From Planctomycetota bacterium (GTDB taxonomy: Bacteria; Planctomycetota; UBA11346): a stretch of 64,000 bases of DNA. The position numbers were made by a program, and so were the translations under genes. Below, piece by piece: positions 7,451 to 16,739 of this stretch. The stretch spans positions 492 through 64,491 of the forward strand of contig JAFLCQ010000004.1 in assembly GCA_017302815.1 (NCBI GenBank), written 5' to 3'. The notes under the pieces were generated by a model. The model saw only the letters and a program-made list of their open reading frames with translations, had not been told where the DNA came from and ran no database searches. Within the stretch, counting starts at the first letter, position 1, and the number at the start of each line of letters is the position of its first letter.

Positions 7451-8861
7451 ATGCCGGGTTGGTCGACGACAGCAGCGCCGGATTCACGGCGTAGCCCGAA
7501 CTCGGACGGCCGCCGCTTACACTGGAGTGCCAGGTCAGGGGACGGAGGTAGTGGCGGTGGCACAGCAGGTCGATGACCGGCGTCCAGTCCGCGGCCCTGG
7601 GCAGGTCGTTGCAGCGCAGGGACTGCGTGATCTCGTTGCGCGTCACTTCGGAGCGGCAGCGCTGGCGGAGCCAGTGCTCGACGCGCCTGGCGTGGAACAG
7701 CAAGAGGTCGGCCTCGCCGACGGAGATGTACAGCGCCGCGGTGTGCGCGGCGAAGTAGTCCATCCAGCGCGTCGCCGCCTGCATCGCTGCTGCCGAGATC
7801 TCGGTCGTTCCCACGTTGGAGGCGAGGGCGAGGTTGCCGGCGATGCGCAGGGCCTGGCCGTGGGCCTTCGAGTACCACTGCTGCTGAAAGGGCGACTGGT
7901 CGGGATCACGACGCCGCTGGTCGAGGCCATCGGTATACGTCGCGTAGATGGCGAAGGCGTCGGGGCTCAGCGCGATGCGCCGCGGCGCATCATCCGACCG
8001 GGGCAGGCGCAGGAGATCATGGGTGTGCGCATGCCAGCGCTGCGACAGGCGCTGATCGAGTTCGCGGACGTCGGCGTAGCGCCGCGCTCCCGGCATCGGC
8101 GGGGGATAGGAGTAGAGGAAGCGCTGCGGGAATCCGCGGCCGATGAGATCGGCTGCGGTGAACATCGATGTGGCCACGTCTGGCTGGATGATGAGCCCGA
8201 CCACGATGGCCGTCCGCGGCAGCGAGATCGGCGCCTTGGATCGGCGGATGTGCAGCGCGTCGCCGCTCCACCCCTTCAAGAAGATGTCGAGCCCACCCTG
8301 CGCCACTGACTGGCGGAACTGCGCGACGACATGTCCCTCGTCGGAGATGATGCCCTGGCGGCCCTGCCGGTACTGGACCGCACGTGCAACTCCTGCGGGC
8401 GTGGTGTCTGCCGCGATCAGCGCCTGGCCCGGGGTATCCCCGCCGAGGATCGACCGTGCCGTGAAGACCTGGAGGACCGAAGCCGCTTCCCCAGGTGCGT
8501 TGACCGGGAGTACAGTCTCCCACCAGGGCTGAAGGAGGCGACGCAGTGTCGAACTCTTCCGTTCGCTGGGCGGCGCCAGCGTGCAGGTCCAGATGACGGG
8601 GATTTCGATGTGCGATGGGCGCCCGGCGAACTCCACGGCGCCGCTGACCGCCAGCGACAGCAGCGACAGCGCCATGGGGGCCGGCAGGCAGGGATGGACC
8701 TGGACCTGGGCGGCGCATTCCGCGAGGTAGTCGCGCAGCCATGCCGCCTCATCGGGAATGATGGCGTCGAGCTGCACGTCAGGCAGCGATGGGCGTGTCG
8801 GCACCAGCGGTAGGAGCGATGCCCACCATTGGGGCTGTGCGGTATCTGTCGACGTCGGCAT
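7416..8861 (-). CDS. DUF3987-like protein (YfjI-type, island replication/helicase-loader-like)
   Basis: 481 aa. Size, position next to the AlpA-like gene and int, and segments such as FLKGWSGDALHIRRSKAPISLPRTAIVVGLIIQPDV fit the DUF3987 family as remembered. Confidence 0.55.
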   Translation of the reverse strand: MPTSTDTAQPQWWASLLPLVPTRPSLPDVQLDAIIPDEAAWLRDYLAECAAQVQVHPCLPAPMALSLLSLAVSGAVEFAGRPSHIEIPVIWTCTLAPPSERKSSTLRRLLQPWWETVLPVNAPGEAASVLQVFTARSILGGDTPGQALIAADTTPAGVARAVQYRQGRQGIISDEGHVVAQFRQSVAQGGLDIFLKGWSGDALHIRRSKAPISLPRTAIVVGLIIQPDVATSMFTAADLIGRGFPQRFLYSYPPPMPGARRYADVRELDQRLSQRWHAHTHDLLRLPRSDDAPRRIALSPDAFAIYATYTDGLDQRRRDPDQSPFQQQWYSKAHGQALRIAGNLALASNVGTTEISAAAMQAATRWMDYFAAHTAALYISVGEADLLLFHARRVEHWLRQRCRSEVTRNEITQSLRCNDLPRAADWTPVIDLLCHRHYLRPLTWHSSVSGGRPSSGYAVNPALLSSTNPASENPDNPGNPT

Positions 8862-9169
8862 GGAGACCGTGACGCGTACCGCGAAACGCGTTGCATCTCA
8901 ACTTGTGCTAGAACGGCGCAGTGCTGGTCGACCAGCGTGTTCCTAAGTTGCGCATAGATCGAGGCTTGCTGGTCTGCTGGTGACTGGCGCGATCCGCCAC
9001 TGTACGCATCGGTGCTGCGCCTGCGACGAACGTGGAAACCGATCGATCAAGCCAGTCGGTATTTCGGTGCCAACACCACCTCGGTGGTGTCTGGTGCCGC
9101 ACGTGAAAGCCGTGTCAGAACGGAGCGTATTTGTAGTAATGCAACCGGATCCTGTTCTACTCCTGGTGC

Positions 9170-9961
9170 ATGGCCAGATCCACGCGGAGCCTCAGTCAAC
9201 GGGAGCAGGATGCACTCCGCCAACGCGGCATCGCGATGGTGCGTGCGGGTACATCGCAGATCGTCGTGGCCCGCAGTCTAGGAGTTCGACCGGCGACGGT
9301 GTGCGCGTGGATGCGCCTGGCCAGGAGACCTGCGGACCTGTCGATCCGGTCCCGGCGCCGTGGACCACGGACATCGCCCCATCGCAAGCTGAAGGCCTGG
9401 CAAGCGCATCGCATTGCCGTCCATCTCGCCAACAAGGAGCCCATGCAGATGCGCTTGCCCTACCCGCTGTGGACGCCGCAGGTGGTGGCCGAACTGGTCC
9501 AGGTCCTCTACCGGGTCGAACTGTCGCGGTGGGCCGTGCACAGGTACCTGCGGCGGTGGGGATTCCTGCCGCAGGCACCGGTTCAGCAGCGTCCGCAGCC
9601 GCGACATGCCACGACGTTCGCCGAGGTGCAGGCGGCGGCCACACGGGAGCACGCCGCCATCTGGGTGCAGCGTCAAGCCGGCAAGCGGCCGGATGAACTC
9701 GCGCAGGTCCTCTTCGCATCGACGCCGCGCGGACGGTGTGCCTTCGCCGTCTACGCCGGCGTCCTGACCCCATCCGTCTTCCTGCGGTTCGTGCAGCAGA
9801 TCTGCGAACTTGAGCGTCGGAAGATCTATCTGGTCGTCGACGGTCATCCCATCCATCGAAGCCGATCGCTGGCGCAGTGGGCAACGGCGAACGCGCACCG
9901 CCTCACGGTGGTGCAACTTGCCGGATTCGGTGATCCAACTCCCCCAGTGACATCGCCGTGA
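9170..9961 (+). CDS. IS630-family transposase-like protein, probably degenerate
   Basis: N-terminal HTH (GTSQIVVARSLGVRPATVCAWM), a second wHTH (WTPQVVAELVQVLYRVELSRWAVHRYLRRWGF) and KIYLVVDGHPIHRS resemble IS630. The region that should carry the first catalytic Asp is short, and the C-terminal Pro-rich tail LAGFGDPTPP replaces the usual YSPELNPIE. Confidence 0.45.
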   Translation: MARSTRSLSQREQDALRQRGIAMVRAGTSQIVVARSLGVRPATVCAWMRLARRPADLSIRSRRRGPRTSPHRKLKAWQAHRIAVHLANKEPMQMRLPYPLWTPQVVAELVQVLYRVELSRWAVHRYLRRWGFLPQAPVQQRPQPRHATTFAEVQAAATREHAAIWVQRQAGKRPDELAQVLFASTPRGRCAFAVYAGVLTPSVFLRFVQQICELERRKIYLVVDGHPIHRSRSLAQWATANAHRLTVVQLAGFGDPTPPVTSP

Positions 9962-10185
9962 ATGCGATGATCAGGATGGGCGGCTAGTCCTGACGACCAT
10001 CCCGATCACGACCAGCACCGCAGCGACGACGAGATAGGGCCAGACCGCGTTGATGATCCAGGCGACGAGCAGTGCCGCGGCGATGATGCCAGCAACGGAT
10101 CTGCTCGCTCGGCCACCAATGTGGCTCGCCTGGAATGACGGAGACGACGGCTTACATGCTTGGCGGCGTTGGCCGCGGATCACGT

Positions 10186-11331
10186 TTAGGCAGCCAGAGC
10201 GATCACTGCGTTCCACGCCCGCTCCTTCACCTCGGCGCCGCTGCCGAAGGTCGCGCTGAACAACCGGGCCCCATCGGCGTCGCCGCCGTCGGTCGTCCTG
10301 GTCATGCGGTCGTGGTCGGCCCATTCGCCGACCGCGAACAGGGCTGACAGCAGGCTGTCCTTGGTCCCCGTCTGTTGGGACGTCGGCGATGCCATGATGG
10401 CCGCGATGCGCTCCTCGCGCGACTTCCGCAGCGCCTTGGCCCGATCGGTCTCGTCAGGTCCGGGGGTGCCGAAGACCTGCGCCATGAACGCCTGCTCCAG
10501 CTTCCGGTTCAGCGGAATGTCGGCGAGCCGGTTCCACGCCGCCTTGGTCGTGGCGTGGGAACGGATCACCGCGGCGAAGGCGTCCTTGGCCTGATTGACG
10601 CTCTCGTGGATGCCCGGCAGGTGCTTCAGGGTGAAGCCGCCGGCCAACCCGAGGCGACGGTTCGCCTTGGCCTGGGCTTCCGCCATCGCCAGGGTGTTGC
10701 GGCAGACCACGCGGATGGTCGTCGGCGCGATAATCAGGGTCTTGTTGCCTGTATGTCCATTGGATACCAATAGATACGTCTTGGATTCGTCGTCGCCGAT
10801 CCGAATCCCCAGGTCGGGCAGGTGCGCCAGCGCCCAGACGACCTTGCCGCCGTTGAAGGCCCCGGCGGTCTCAATGGTGAAGGGCAGGCCGCCGTCATCA
10901 CGGCCAACGCGAGCGAGGTCAGAGAAGACCTGGAACATGCCGGCGTTCTGAAACGGCTCGTAGTCGGGGCCGACGACGCCGAGGATTTTCCCCGTGTCCG
11001 AGCGCCGGATCGCGGCGAAGTCGGGCACGGGGTCCAAGCTGTCGGCGGTGCGCAGATCGACCCGGCTCACCGTCCAGTCGAGCCCGGCCTCGCGGATGGC
11101 GACGGCGGGGTCGGTGGCGGCGGCCGGCGACAGCGCGCGGCCCACGCGCTGCCAGGGGTTCTGGCGTGGCGGGGGCAGGCCCAGCCTGGTGGTCTGCGGG
11201 GCACGGCTGGGCTGCGGGCCGTCGGGGTGGTGGCTGGGGGTACGCACCAGGGTCGGGGCCACGGCATCGACGATGGTGCTGATGGGTACCGGTGCCGGCA
11301 GGGGTGGGAGGATGTCGGAGAATAGATCCAT
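10186..11331 (-). CDS. DUF932 domain protein (phage/plasmid-like protein)
   Basis: ATG at 11331 gives MDLFSDILP... with WTVSRVDLRT..., RRSDTGKILGVVGPDYEPFQN, FNGGKVVWALAHL, LLVSNGHTGNKTLIIAPTTIRVVCRNT, as in DUF932. The upstream 348 codons of the track ORF are Arg/Pro-rich read-through. Confidence 0.75.
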   Translation of the reverse strand: MDLFSDILPPLPAPVPISTIVDAVAPTLVRTPSHHPDGPQPSRAPQTTRLGLPPPRQNPWQRVGRALSPAAATDPAVAIREAGLDWTVSRVDLRTADSLDPVPDFAAIRRSDTGKILGVVGPDYEPFQNAGMFQVFSDLARVGRDDGGLPFTIETAGAFNGGKVVWALAHLPDLGIRIGDDESKTYLLVSNGHTGNKTLIIAPTTIRVVCRNTLAMAEAQAKANRRLGLAGGFTLKHLPGIHESVNQAKDAFAAVIRSHATTKAAWNRLADIPLNRKLEQAFMAQVFGTPGPDETDRAKALRKSREERIAAIMASPTSQQTGTKDSLLSALFAVGEWADHDRMTRTTDGGDADGARLFSATFGSGAEVKERAWNAVIALAA

Positions 11332-11390
11332 GTGGACTCCGGCCCCGGAAGCGGTCGCCCCCGGGGGATATGTAGATGTGGACGAGGACG

Positions 11391-12107
11391 TCAGGCCGCG
11401 ACGGCGGCGGCCTGAGGGAGGGCCTGGGCGTGCTGGGACAGGTCGAGCTGGCGTTCGGCGTCGCCCCGGGTGATCGGCATGACCAGGAACGCGAGTTCGT
11501 GGTCGGCCCAGTAGGCCGGGGCGGCGACGGCGGCGCGGAGATGGGCGAGGTCCAGGGTTTCGCCCGGCGCGGCCCCGGGAACGGCCCAGAGACGTTCGAG
11601 GCGCCCCGCGGGCTCGACCGGGGAGGCGAAGAGCAGGGCGTTCCGGCTGCCGCTGATTCGCTGGGCGATGGCGACGAGGCCGCCGTCGAGGCTGGACAAC
11701 GTCGGCATCCAACGCCGCCCCGCCGTCCGGCTCCAGACGTGCTCGATGCGCGGGAAGGTACCGTCGACGCGGCGGACGATGGCCGACGCGGCGCCGTTGG
11801 TGAGGCGGGCTTCCCTGGGTCCGATCTCGACCTGGATGCGGCCACCGCTCGCCTTGCTGGTTGCCTTGAGGGCGGCGGAGATCTGGTCGGCGTCGAGGAT
11901 GACGTCCCCGGGCTCCCCGGTCAGGACGTCCAGGGGCACGACGAGGCTGGCGAGCAGGCGCCCGTTGGTGGCGGCGAAGCGGGCGGCGGTCGACGTAACG
12001 CAGACGCCGACGTGGCCGAGGGGACCGTTCTCGTCGGCGCAGGCCAGGGGCAGGCGTGCGAGGCGGTCGGCGGTGATACGGGGGACGGAGAAGGTGGTCG
12101 TGGACAT
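11391..12107 (-). CDS. Hypothetical protein, possibly sliding-clamp (DnaN)-like
   Basis: ATG at 12107 preceded by GGAGG. 238 aa with GTFPRIEHVW, resembling the FPDY/RVIP element of beta-clamp domains. Such genes accompany DUF932 in islands. Assignment is weak. Confidence 0.4.
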   Translation of the reverse strand: MSTTTFSVPRITADRLARLPLACADENGPLGHVGVCVTSTAARFAATNGRLLASLVVPLDVLTGEPGDVILDADQISAALKATSKASGGRIQVEIGPREARLTNGAASAIVRRVDGTFPRIEHVWSRTAGRRWMPTLSSLDGGLVAIAQRISGSRNALLFASPVEPAGRLERLWAVPGAAPGETLDLAHLRAAVAAPAYWADHELAFLVMPITRGDAERQLDLSQHAQALPQAAAVAA

Positions 12108-12180
12108 GGGTGATCCTCCGAGGGGATTGTGAGTGGAAACGGGGATTTCTGTTGAGCGGCAGGACAGTACGCTGGGCAGC

Positions 12181-13116
12181 ATGCGCTGCCTGATCCTGGT
12201 CTGCCTCGTTGTGTGCGGATGGTCGGCGGTCAGCGATGACGGCCCCTTCCCTGTGCCGAGCATGCGACCGCAGGCCTGGCAGTGGGCTGCTCTCTACGGG
12301 AATGGTGATGGTTCCGCCGTAGTGCTGGCGATGGCGGATCGCACGGGGGAACGTGTGAATCTCGGCGTCGGTCATCCGGCACGTACGGTGTCGGTGAGCA
12401 TCGACGCGGCTGGCGTACTCAGTGATGGCCTACAGGTGTTGGACCATGCCCGGCGGATCGCGACGCCAGATATGCCGCTGGTGGCGCGGTGGGTGCGCGT
12501 CGCACGGGATACCGGCTTCGAGAGCATCTCGGTGACGGTGCCGATCCCGGAGCGACGTGATGATCCGCTCCGGGCCGTCTTCATCGGCCATCAGGCGGCG
12601 ATGCTGCGTGAGGCCCAGGAGTGGATGGAGCCCACTACGGACAGCCCGCGTACAGTGCCCGCTGAGGAACCACTGCCGCCGTTCAGTTGGCGCTACACCG
12701 ATGATCGTCTGACCGAGGTGACCTGGTGGTCGGCTGACCTCGTCAGTACCCTGGACTGGCGGGTGTACTACAGCGGCGGCGTCCACGCGAATACGACCCT
12801 CGCCGGCCATACCTGGCGTCGGGATGCGGCGGGAGCCTGGCAGCTCCTCACCCTGGTTGACGTCCTGGGTGCGGAAGCCACCTGGAGACCAGCAGTCTTG
12901 CGTGCCATCACGGATGACCTCGTCCGCCAGCAGGCTGGCTGGTATACCTCTGGAGACAGCGGACTCCAGCCGGCGGACGATGCACTGCTCAAGGTCTGGT
13001 CGGTCTCCGGCGACGGTCTGGTGTTCAACTTTGCTCCATATGTGGTCGGGCCGTACAGCGAGGGCGTGTTCCAGGTCCGCGTACCGTGGCGACAGGTCGG
13101 GCGCGAACGACCATAG
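12181..13116 (+). CDS. Secreted/lipoprotein-like hypothetical protein, C-terminal DUF3298-like segment
   Basis: MRCLILVCLVVCGWSA signal-like N-terminus. C-terminus LVFNFAPYVVGPYSEGVFQVRVPW resembles the DUF3298/PdaC-C pattern. Confidence 0.4.
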   Translation: MRCLILVCLVVCGWSAVSDDGPFPVPSMRPQAWQWAALYGNGDGSAVVLAMADRTGERVNLGVGHPARTVSVSIDAAGVLSDGLQVLDHARRIATPDMPLVARWVRVARDTGFESISVTVPIPERRDDPLRAVFIGHQAAMLREAQEWMEPTTDSPRTVPAEEPLPPFSWRYTDDRLTEVTWWSADLVSTLDWRVYYSGGVHANTTLAGHTWRRDAAGAWQLLTLVDVLGAEATWRPAVLRAITDDLVRQQAGWYTSGDSGLQPADDALLKVWSVSGDGLVFNFAPYVVGPYSEGVFQVRVPWRQVGRERP

Positions 13117-13355
13117 CCAGGCCGGCATAAGTCCCAGCCAATGCATCGCCGGATTGCGCTGCGCGCGTTGTGGTGCGGTTCGCTATCACAGACACCGCAG
13201 CTGGCGTAGCGATGTGCAACCGGAACAGCATGCGCATTCATCGCGATTTCCAGGGCGGCGTGGCGATCATGAGTCCGGTGGTAGGTGATGAGCGCGCCGA
13301 TGCCGCGCGATGCACGGCAACATGCAGGTCACGCGCTGCCGCGCGTCGACCCAGT

Positions 13356-14240
13356 TCACCGCAACGACACCGCCGGCTCGGTCGGTTCCGGAACAGACAT
13401 CGGCGTGCACGATCCGTGCGTCAGCCGGATCAGATCGAGGACATCATCACCCATCGCTGCTGCCGTGGCGGTGCTCACCGGACGCGACATGACGGCCGGA
13501 TCGATCGCGGTCTGCACCGTATCGCCGAACGCGGCGGTGAGCTGCCGACCGACTCCGAGGATGAAGGTGTTCCAGCTCCCGATCTCGGCGACCAGCGCGG
13601 GGACGTTGCGGTTGATCCAGTAACCACCTTCGTCATGGACCTCGACGTCGAAACCCGCCGAGCGCGCCGCGTCCAGCACGGCGATGACGAGGAGATGGCT
13701 GCGGAGAAAGTTCGTCACGCCGCCGTTTTCAGGAATACTGGCGTATTGGGTCTTCGTGAAGGCTGATCCGACCCAACGGAGTGGCGCATCGAGCATGAGG
13801 CGCCGAGAACCCGAGCGGTAGCCGTGCTGATCACCTTGGCACTCGGCGAGGATGCTGGCTGGGTATGCGCCGACGAACACGTTCATGGGCTCACAGCCAT
13901 CACCCGGCTTGCATGAAAACCCGATGAGGGTCAGCGGTTGAACGCGGGCGTGGATGACGCGTGCAGCCTGTGCCCCAGGCGCCAGCTTCCGGGGGATGCC
14001 GCGGTGGTCGTGCTGGTAGTGGACGGTGCGCTCATGTTGGATCACCGCCCAGCGCCACGGCGATCGGCTCCGATCAGCGTAGACGTGACGGATCCGGTCG
14101 GCATCGAGGGTGACAACGCGGGTCAGCGCCTGCATGGGGAGGACGCGGCAGCGGTGTCGGAGTGCGGCCATGGCGGCAGTAGCCTCGTCCTGACTGGCGG
14201 CGGCGGGGAGTCGCAGGGTGAAATGGATGGTAAGGCCCAT
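13356..14240 (-). CDS. Hypothetical protein (294 aa)
   Basis: Long ORF with balanced composition, in series with neighbouring minus-strand genes. No family recognised. Confidence 0.4.
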   Translation of the reverse strand: MGLTIHFTLRLPAAASQDEATAAMAALRHRCRVLPMQALTRVVTLDADRIRHVYADRSRSPWRWAVIQHERTVHYQHDHRGIPRKLAPGAQAARVIHARVQPLTLIGFSCKPGDGCEPMNVFVGAYPASILAECQGDQHGYRSGSRRLMLDAPLRWVGSAFTKTQYASIPENGGVTNFLRSHLLVIAVLDAARSAGFDVEVHDEGGYWINRNVPALVAEIGSWNTFILGVGRQLTAAFGDTVQTAIDPAVMSRPVSTATAAAMGDDVLDLIRLTHGSCTPMSVPEPTEPAVSLR

Positions 14241-14261
14241 GGTGGCGATCCGATGGTTGGA

Positions 14262-14645
14262 CTACCCGGACGCGCCGCCGCCGGAGAGGACATCCCCAAC
14301 AGGCGCGGTGTCGGCTCGGGCAGCCGTGGAGGGGCAGGCGACGGCATCACCGGCGACGCGTCGGACAACGATGCGGTCGTCTGCACCGGGGAGCGGACGG
14401 ATGTCGAGGAAGGCGAGATGGGCGGCGACCAGCGCGGTGCGTACGGCGTGGTCGCTGGGATCAATGATGAGGTAGGTCCGCGCGCCGTGAGCCATGGCGA
14501 TCAGCGCGACATCGCGCCGATGCGCGAGGGCTCTGGCGATTTGGTCGATCACCCCCGGTCCGACCTCGGCAGCGATGGCGAGGCGTCCGGGGATGTCGAC
14601 GACGGCGGGATGGAGGGAGAGGATGATGCGCGCCGCGGCCATCAC
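14262..14645 (-). CDS. Hypothetical protein (127 aa)
   Basis: ORF whose start overlaps the stop of the upstream small gene by 4 nt. No family recognised. Confidence 0.35.
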   Translation of the reverse strand: MMAAARIILSLHPAVVDIPGRLAIAAEVGPGVIDQIARALAHRRDVALIAMAHGARTYLIIDPSDHAVRTALVAAHLAFLDIRPLPGADDRIVVRRVAGDAVACPSTAARADTAPVGDVLSGGGASG

Positions 14646-14848
14646 GCCGCCGCGGCGGCACCACCGGTGTCGGTCGCCGGCGGGGCGGAGCTGGCGGTCT
14701 GATGCAGGCGGCGGTTGCAGTGCTCGGCCAGGGCCGCGGCGATGATCGCCGTCATTGGCTGGCCCGCGGATTTCGCTTCCAGGTACAGCTCGTGCATGAT
14801 GTCACGATCGAGACGGCTCGCAGGCCAGGGCAGGGGTCGACGGGGCAT
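14642..14848 (-). CDS. Small hypothetical protein (68 aa), possible ribbon-helix-helix
   Basis: Internal ATG at 14848 gives MPRRPLPWPASRLDRDIMHELYLEAKSAGQPMTAIIAAALAEHCNRR. The upstream part of the track ORF is Arg-rich. Confidence 0.3.
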   Translation of the reverse strand: MPRRPLPWPASRLDRDIMHELYLEAKSAGQPMTAIIAAALAEHCNRRLHQTASSAPPATDTGGAAAAA

Positions 14849-14952
14849 GGGATGTTCCTCGGGCTGGGGCCGTGGCGATACCGCCACGGCCGTCGTGGGT
14901 ATCGCATCAGACCCGCACGACGCCGTGCGGGTCACGTCAGGAATCGGCAGAA

Positions 14953-15444
14953 CTACGGCTGAGCGGCGGGACGACCGCGCAGCACTGCGGCGCGGATCCG
15001 CCCATAGACGGCGGCATCGGCGATGTCCTCGGGGTCGACCTCGATCCCGGTGTCGGTCACGTTCAGCCCCGCGATGGGGTAGCCGTCGGCATCGGCGCGG
15101 ATGGCGGCATGCGTGACCGTGTCGAAGGCGGCGAGGCCCGGCCCGTACTCCGCACCGGCGTTGTGGCGGTGGAGGTAGGGGATCGCGGCACATTGCAGCG
15201 CTTCCTCGTCGTCCCAGCCGCCGCGGTCGGACTCGATGTCCTCCCAGACTAGGCAGGGTACACCGTCGACCAACCGGGTGACCAGGTCATCCTGTCCCAG
15301 GGCCGGATCGGGTTGGGGTGTTTCGGCGAGGAGTGCCGACAGGACATGAGCCGCGGTGGCGGTGATCTTCGCCAGGGCGAGGAAGCGTTCAGGCGTCAGC
15401 GCGCTGAGTGGGATGGCGAACCAGGTGTAGGTGCGATCGGACAT
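14953..15444 (-). CDS. Hypothetical acidic protein (163 aa)
   Basis: ATG at 15444 lies just downstream of the Cas4-like gene stop at 15447 (2-nt gap). Product MSDRTYTWFAIPLSALTPERF... Confidence 0.4.
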   Translation of the reverse strand: MSDRTYTWFAIPLSALTPERFLALAKITATAAHVLSALLAETPQPDPALGQDDLVTRLVDGVPCLVWEDIESDRGGWDDEEALQCAAIPYLHRHNAGAEYGPGLAAFDTVTHAAIRADADGYPIAGLNVTDTGIEVDPEDIADAAVYGRIRAAVLRGRPAAQP

Positions 15445-15446
15445 GA

Positions 15447-16181
15447 TCAGCCCTCCGCCCGGCAGCGGTCGGCGAAGGGACAGCCGTCGCAGCCCCAACC
15501 GCGCACCGCGTAGCGTACCCCGGCCTCCATCGCCGCGTAGACCTCGCGGTAGTGCTGGCGGACCTGGCGATCCGGCCAGGGGGTGATCGGCTGCACCGTC
15601 ACAGTTGGCGTCTTCAGCTTGCCGAGGACGATGATCTCGTGCTGCGCCGCGGGATAGGCGAGGTCGTACAATCCGAGCTGCGCCTCGACGGCATCAGTCT
15701 CGGTGAGCAGGCGTGACGCCGCCGTCTTGATGTCAGCGACGACGAGGTTCCCGGCGGCATCGCGCCGGATCAGGTCGATCCTGCCCTCGACCCGGGGGAG
15801 TTCGGGGTCGAGATCGACGATGAAGGGCTGCTCCACGCCGATGATGTCCGGTGGTGGGACGTAGGCGGTGACCAGCGCCCGGCCCTTGGCGAGCAGATCA
15901 TCGGCGGTGTCCTTGCCGTAGTGGACCGGCACATCGCCGGCGACGGCCTGCTTCCACTGCGCCATGAACGCAGCCGTGGCATCGATCTGCTCGCCATGCA
16001 TCGAGGCCTCGTTGACCTTGGCGAGGCAGTCGTGGACGGCGATGCCGAATGCAAAGCTCGACGGGATCCGCTCGCGCGGAGCGTGCTCCTGCTTGTCGTA
16101 CCACCATTTCCGCGGACAGGCCGTGAAGGTATGGATCTGGCTGTGGCTGAGGTGGTCGATCGTGATGGTGGCGGTGGTCAC
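15447..16181 (-). CDS. PD-(D/E)XK nuclease, Cas4/RecB-like with C-terminal Cys cluster
   Basis: N-terminal SHSQIHTFTACPRKWWY; central GRIDLIRRDAAGNLVVADIKT (D..D/ExK core); C-terminal GWGCDGCPFADRC. This is the Cas4-type one-plus-three cysteine arrangement. Confidence 0.7.
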   Translation of the reverse strand: MTTATITIDHLSHSQIHTFTACPRKWWYDKQEHAPRERIPSSFAFGIAVHDCLAKVNEASMHGEQIDATAAFMAQWKQAVAGDVPVHYGKDTADDLLAKGRALVTAYVPPPDIIGVEQPFIVDLDPELPRVEGRIDLIRRDAAGNLVVADIKTAASRLLTETDAVEAQLGLYDLAYPAAQHEIIVLGKLKTPTVTVQPITPWPDRQVRQHYREVYAAMEAGVRYAVRGWGCDGCPFADRCRAEG

Positions 16182-16657
16182 GCCGGCACCGCCTGCGCCT
16201 TCAGCTCGTCGATGAGCTGCGCGGCGGCCTTGCAGGACAGGTCGCGGAGGTCGCCGACGTGGTGATGGGCGAGGATCGCCGGCAGCGACGATCGCGTGTC
16301 CGTGATCAGCTTGCCGAGGTAGCGTAGCTGGCTGTCGGTCACTGATGCGGGGCTGCGCTTCGTCGTGGGACGATAGGGATGCGAGGCGTTCGGACGGACA
16401 CCGGGTCCGCTGGTCGATGCCGGCGTCGACGAAGCGCGGGGCTGCGGTGACGACGGATCCACTGTCGCAGAACTGGTCTGGCTGGCGAGGTGTTCGTCGA
16501 CGCCGGCCTGCGCGGCCTGGAAGAGGTCACGCATGACACCGGGGATATCGGAGAGCGATCCCGCTTCGCCCTGGAGGCTGACGGTGGCGCTGATCGACCC
16601 GTACTGCTCCGTGGGATGTGGCCGTTTGGCTCCGGCGGCGACGTTGATGGAAATCAT
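16178..16657 (-). CDS. Hypothetical protein (159 aa)
   Basis: ATG at 16657 preceded by AAGGAG. 4-nt overlap with the Cas4-like gene start. Low-complexity Ser/Pro linker in the middle. Confidence 0.45.
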   Translation of the reverse strand: MISINVAAGAKRPHPTEQYGSISATVSLQGEAGSLSDIPGVMRDLFQAAQAGVDEHLASQTSSATVDPSSPQPRASSTPASTSGPGVRPNASHPYRPTTKRSPASVTDSQLRYLGKLITDTRSSLPAILAHHHVGDLRDLSCKAAAQLIDELKAQAVPA

Positions 16658-16679
16658 GGATAACTCCTTGAACGAAATG

Positions 16680-16702
16680 GCCCGCCGGGATCACCGGCGG
16701 GC
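16680..16702 (-). terminator. Perfect 9-bp hairpin between PLD nuclease gene and next gene
   Basis: GCCCGCCGG (16680-16688) / CCGGCGGGC (16694-16702), 5-nt loop. On the minus strand it is preceded by a C10 tract and followed by CATTTCGTT. Confidence 0.45.
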
Positions 16703-16739
16703 CTGGGGGGGGGGTGGAGATGGGAACGACGAGCGGCCG

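Noticed and set aside
9971-10185. Possible small TM protein (…GIIAAALLVAWIINAVWPYLVVAAVLVVIGMVV) downstream of DUF932
   Set aside because: There is no ATG/GTG/TTG start in frame downstream of the DUF932 stop. The only Met is at 10324, inside the DUF932 gene.
11332-12375. N-terminal 348 codons of the 729-aa minus ORF 10186..12375
   Set aside because: Extremely Arg/Pro-rich (RRPRRHRPANQRQPERP...). It overlaps the separately supported 11391..12107 gene in another frame. The DUF932 domain begins at the ATG at 11331.
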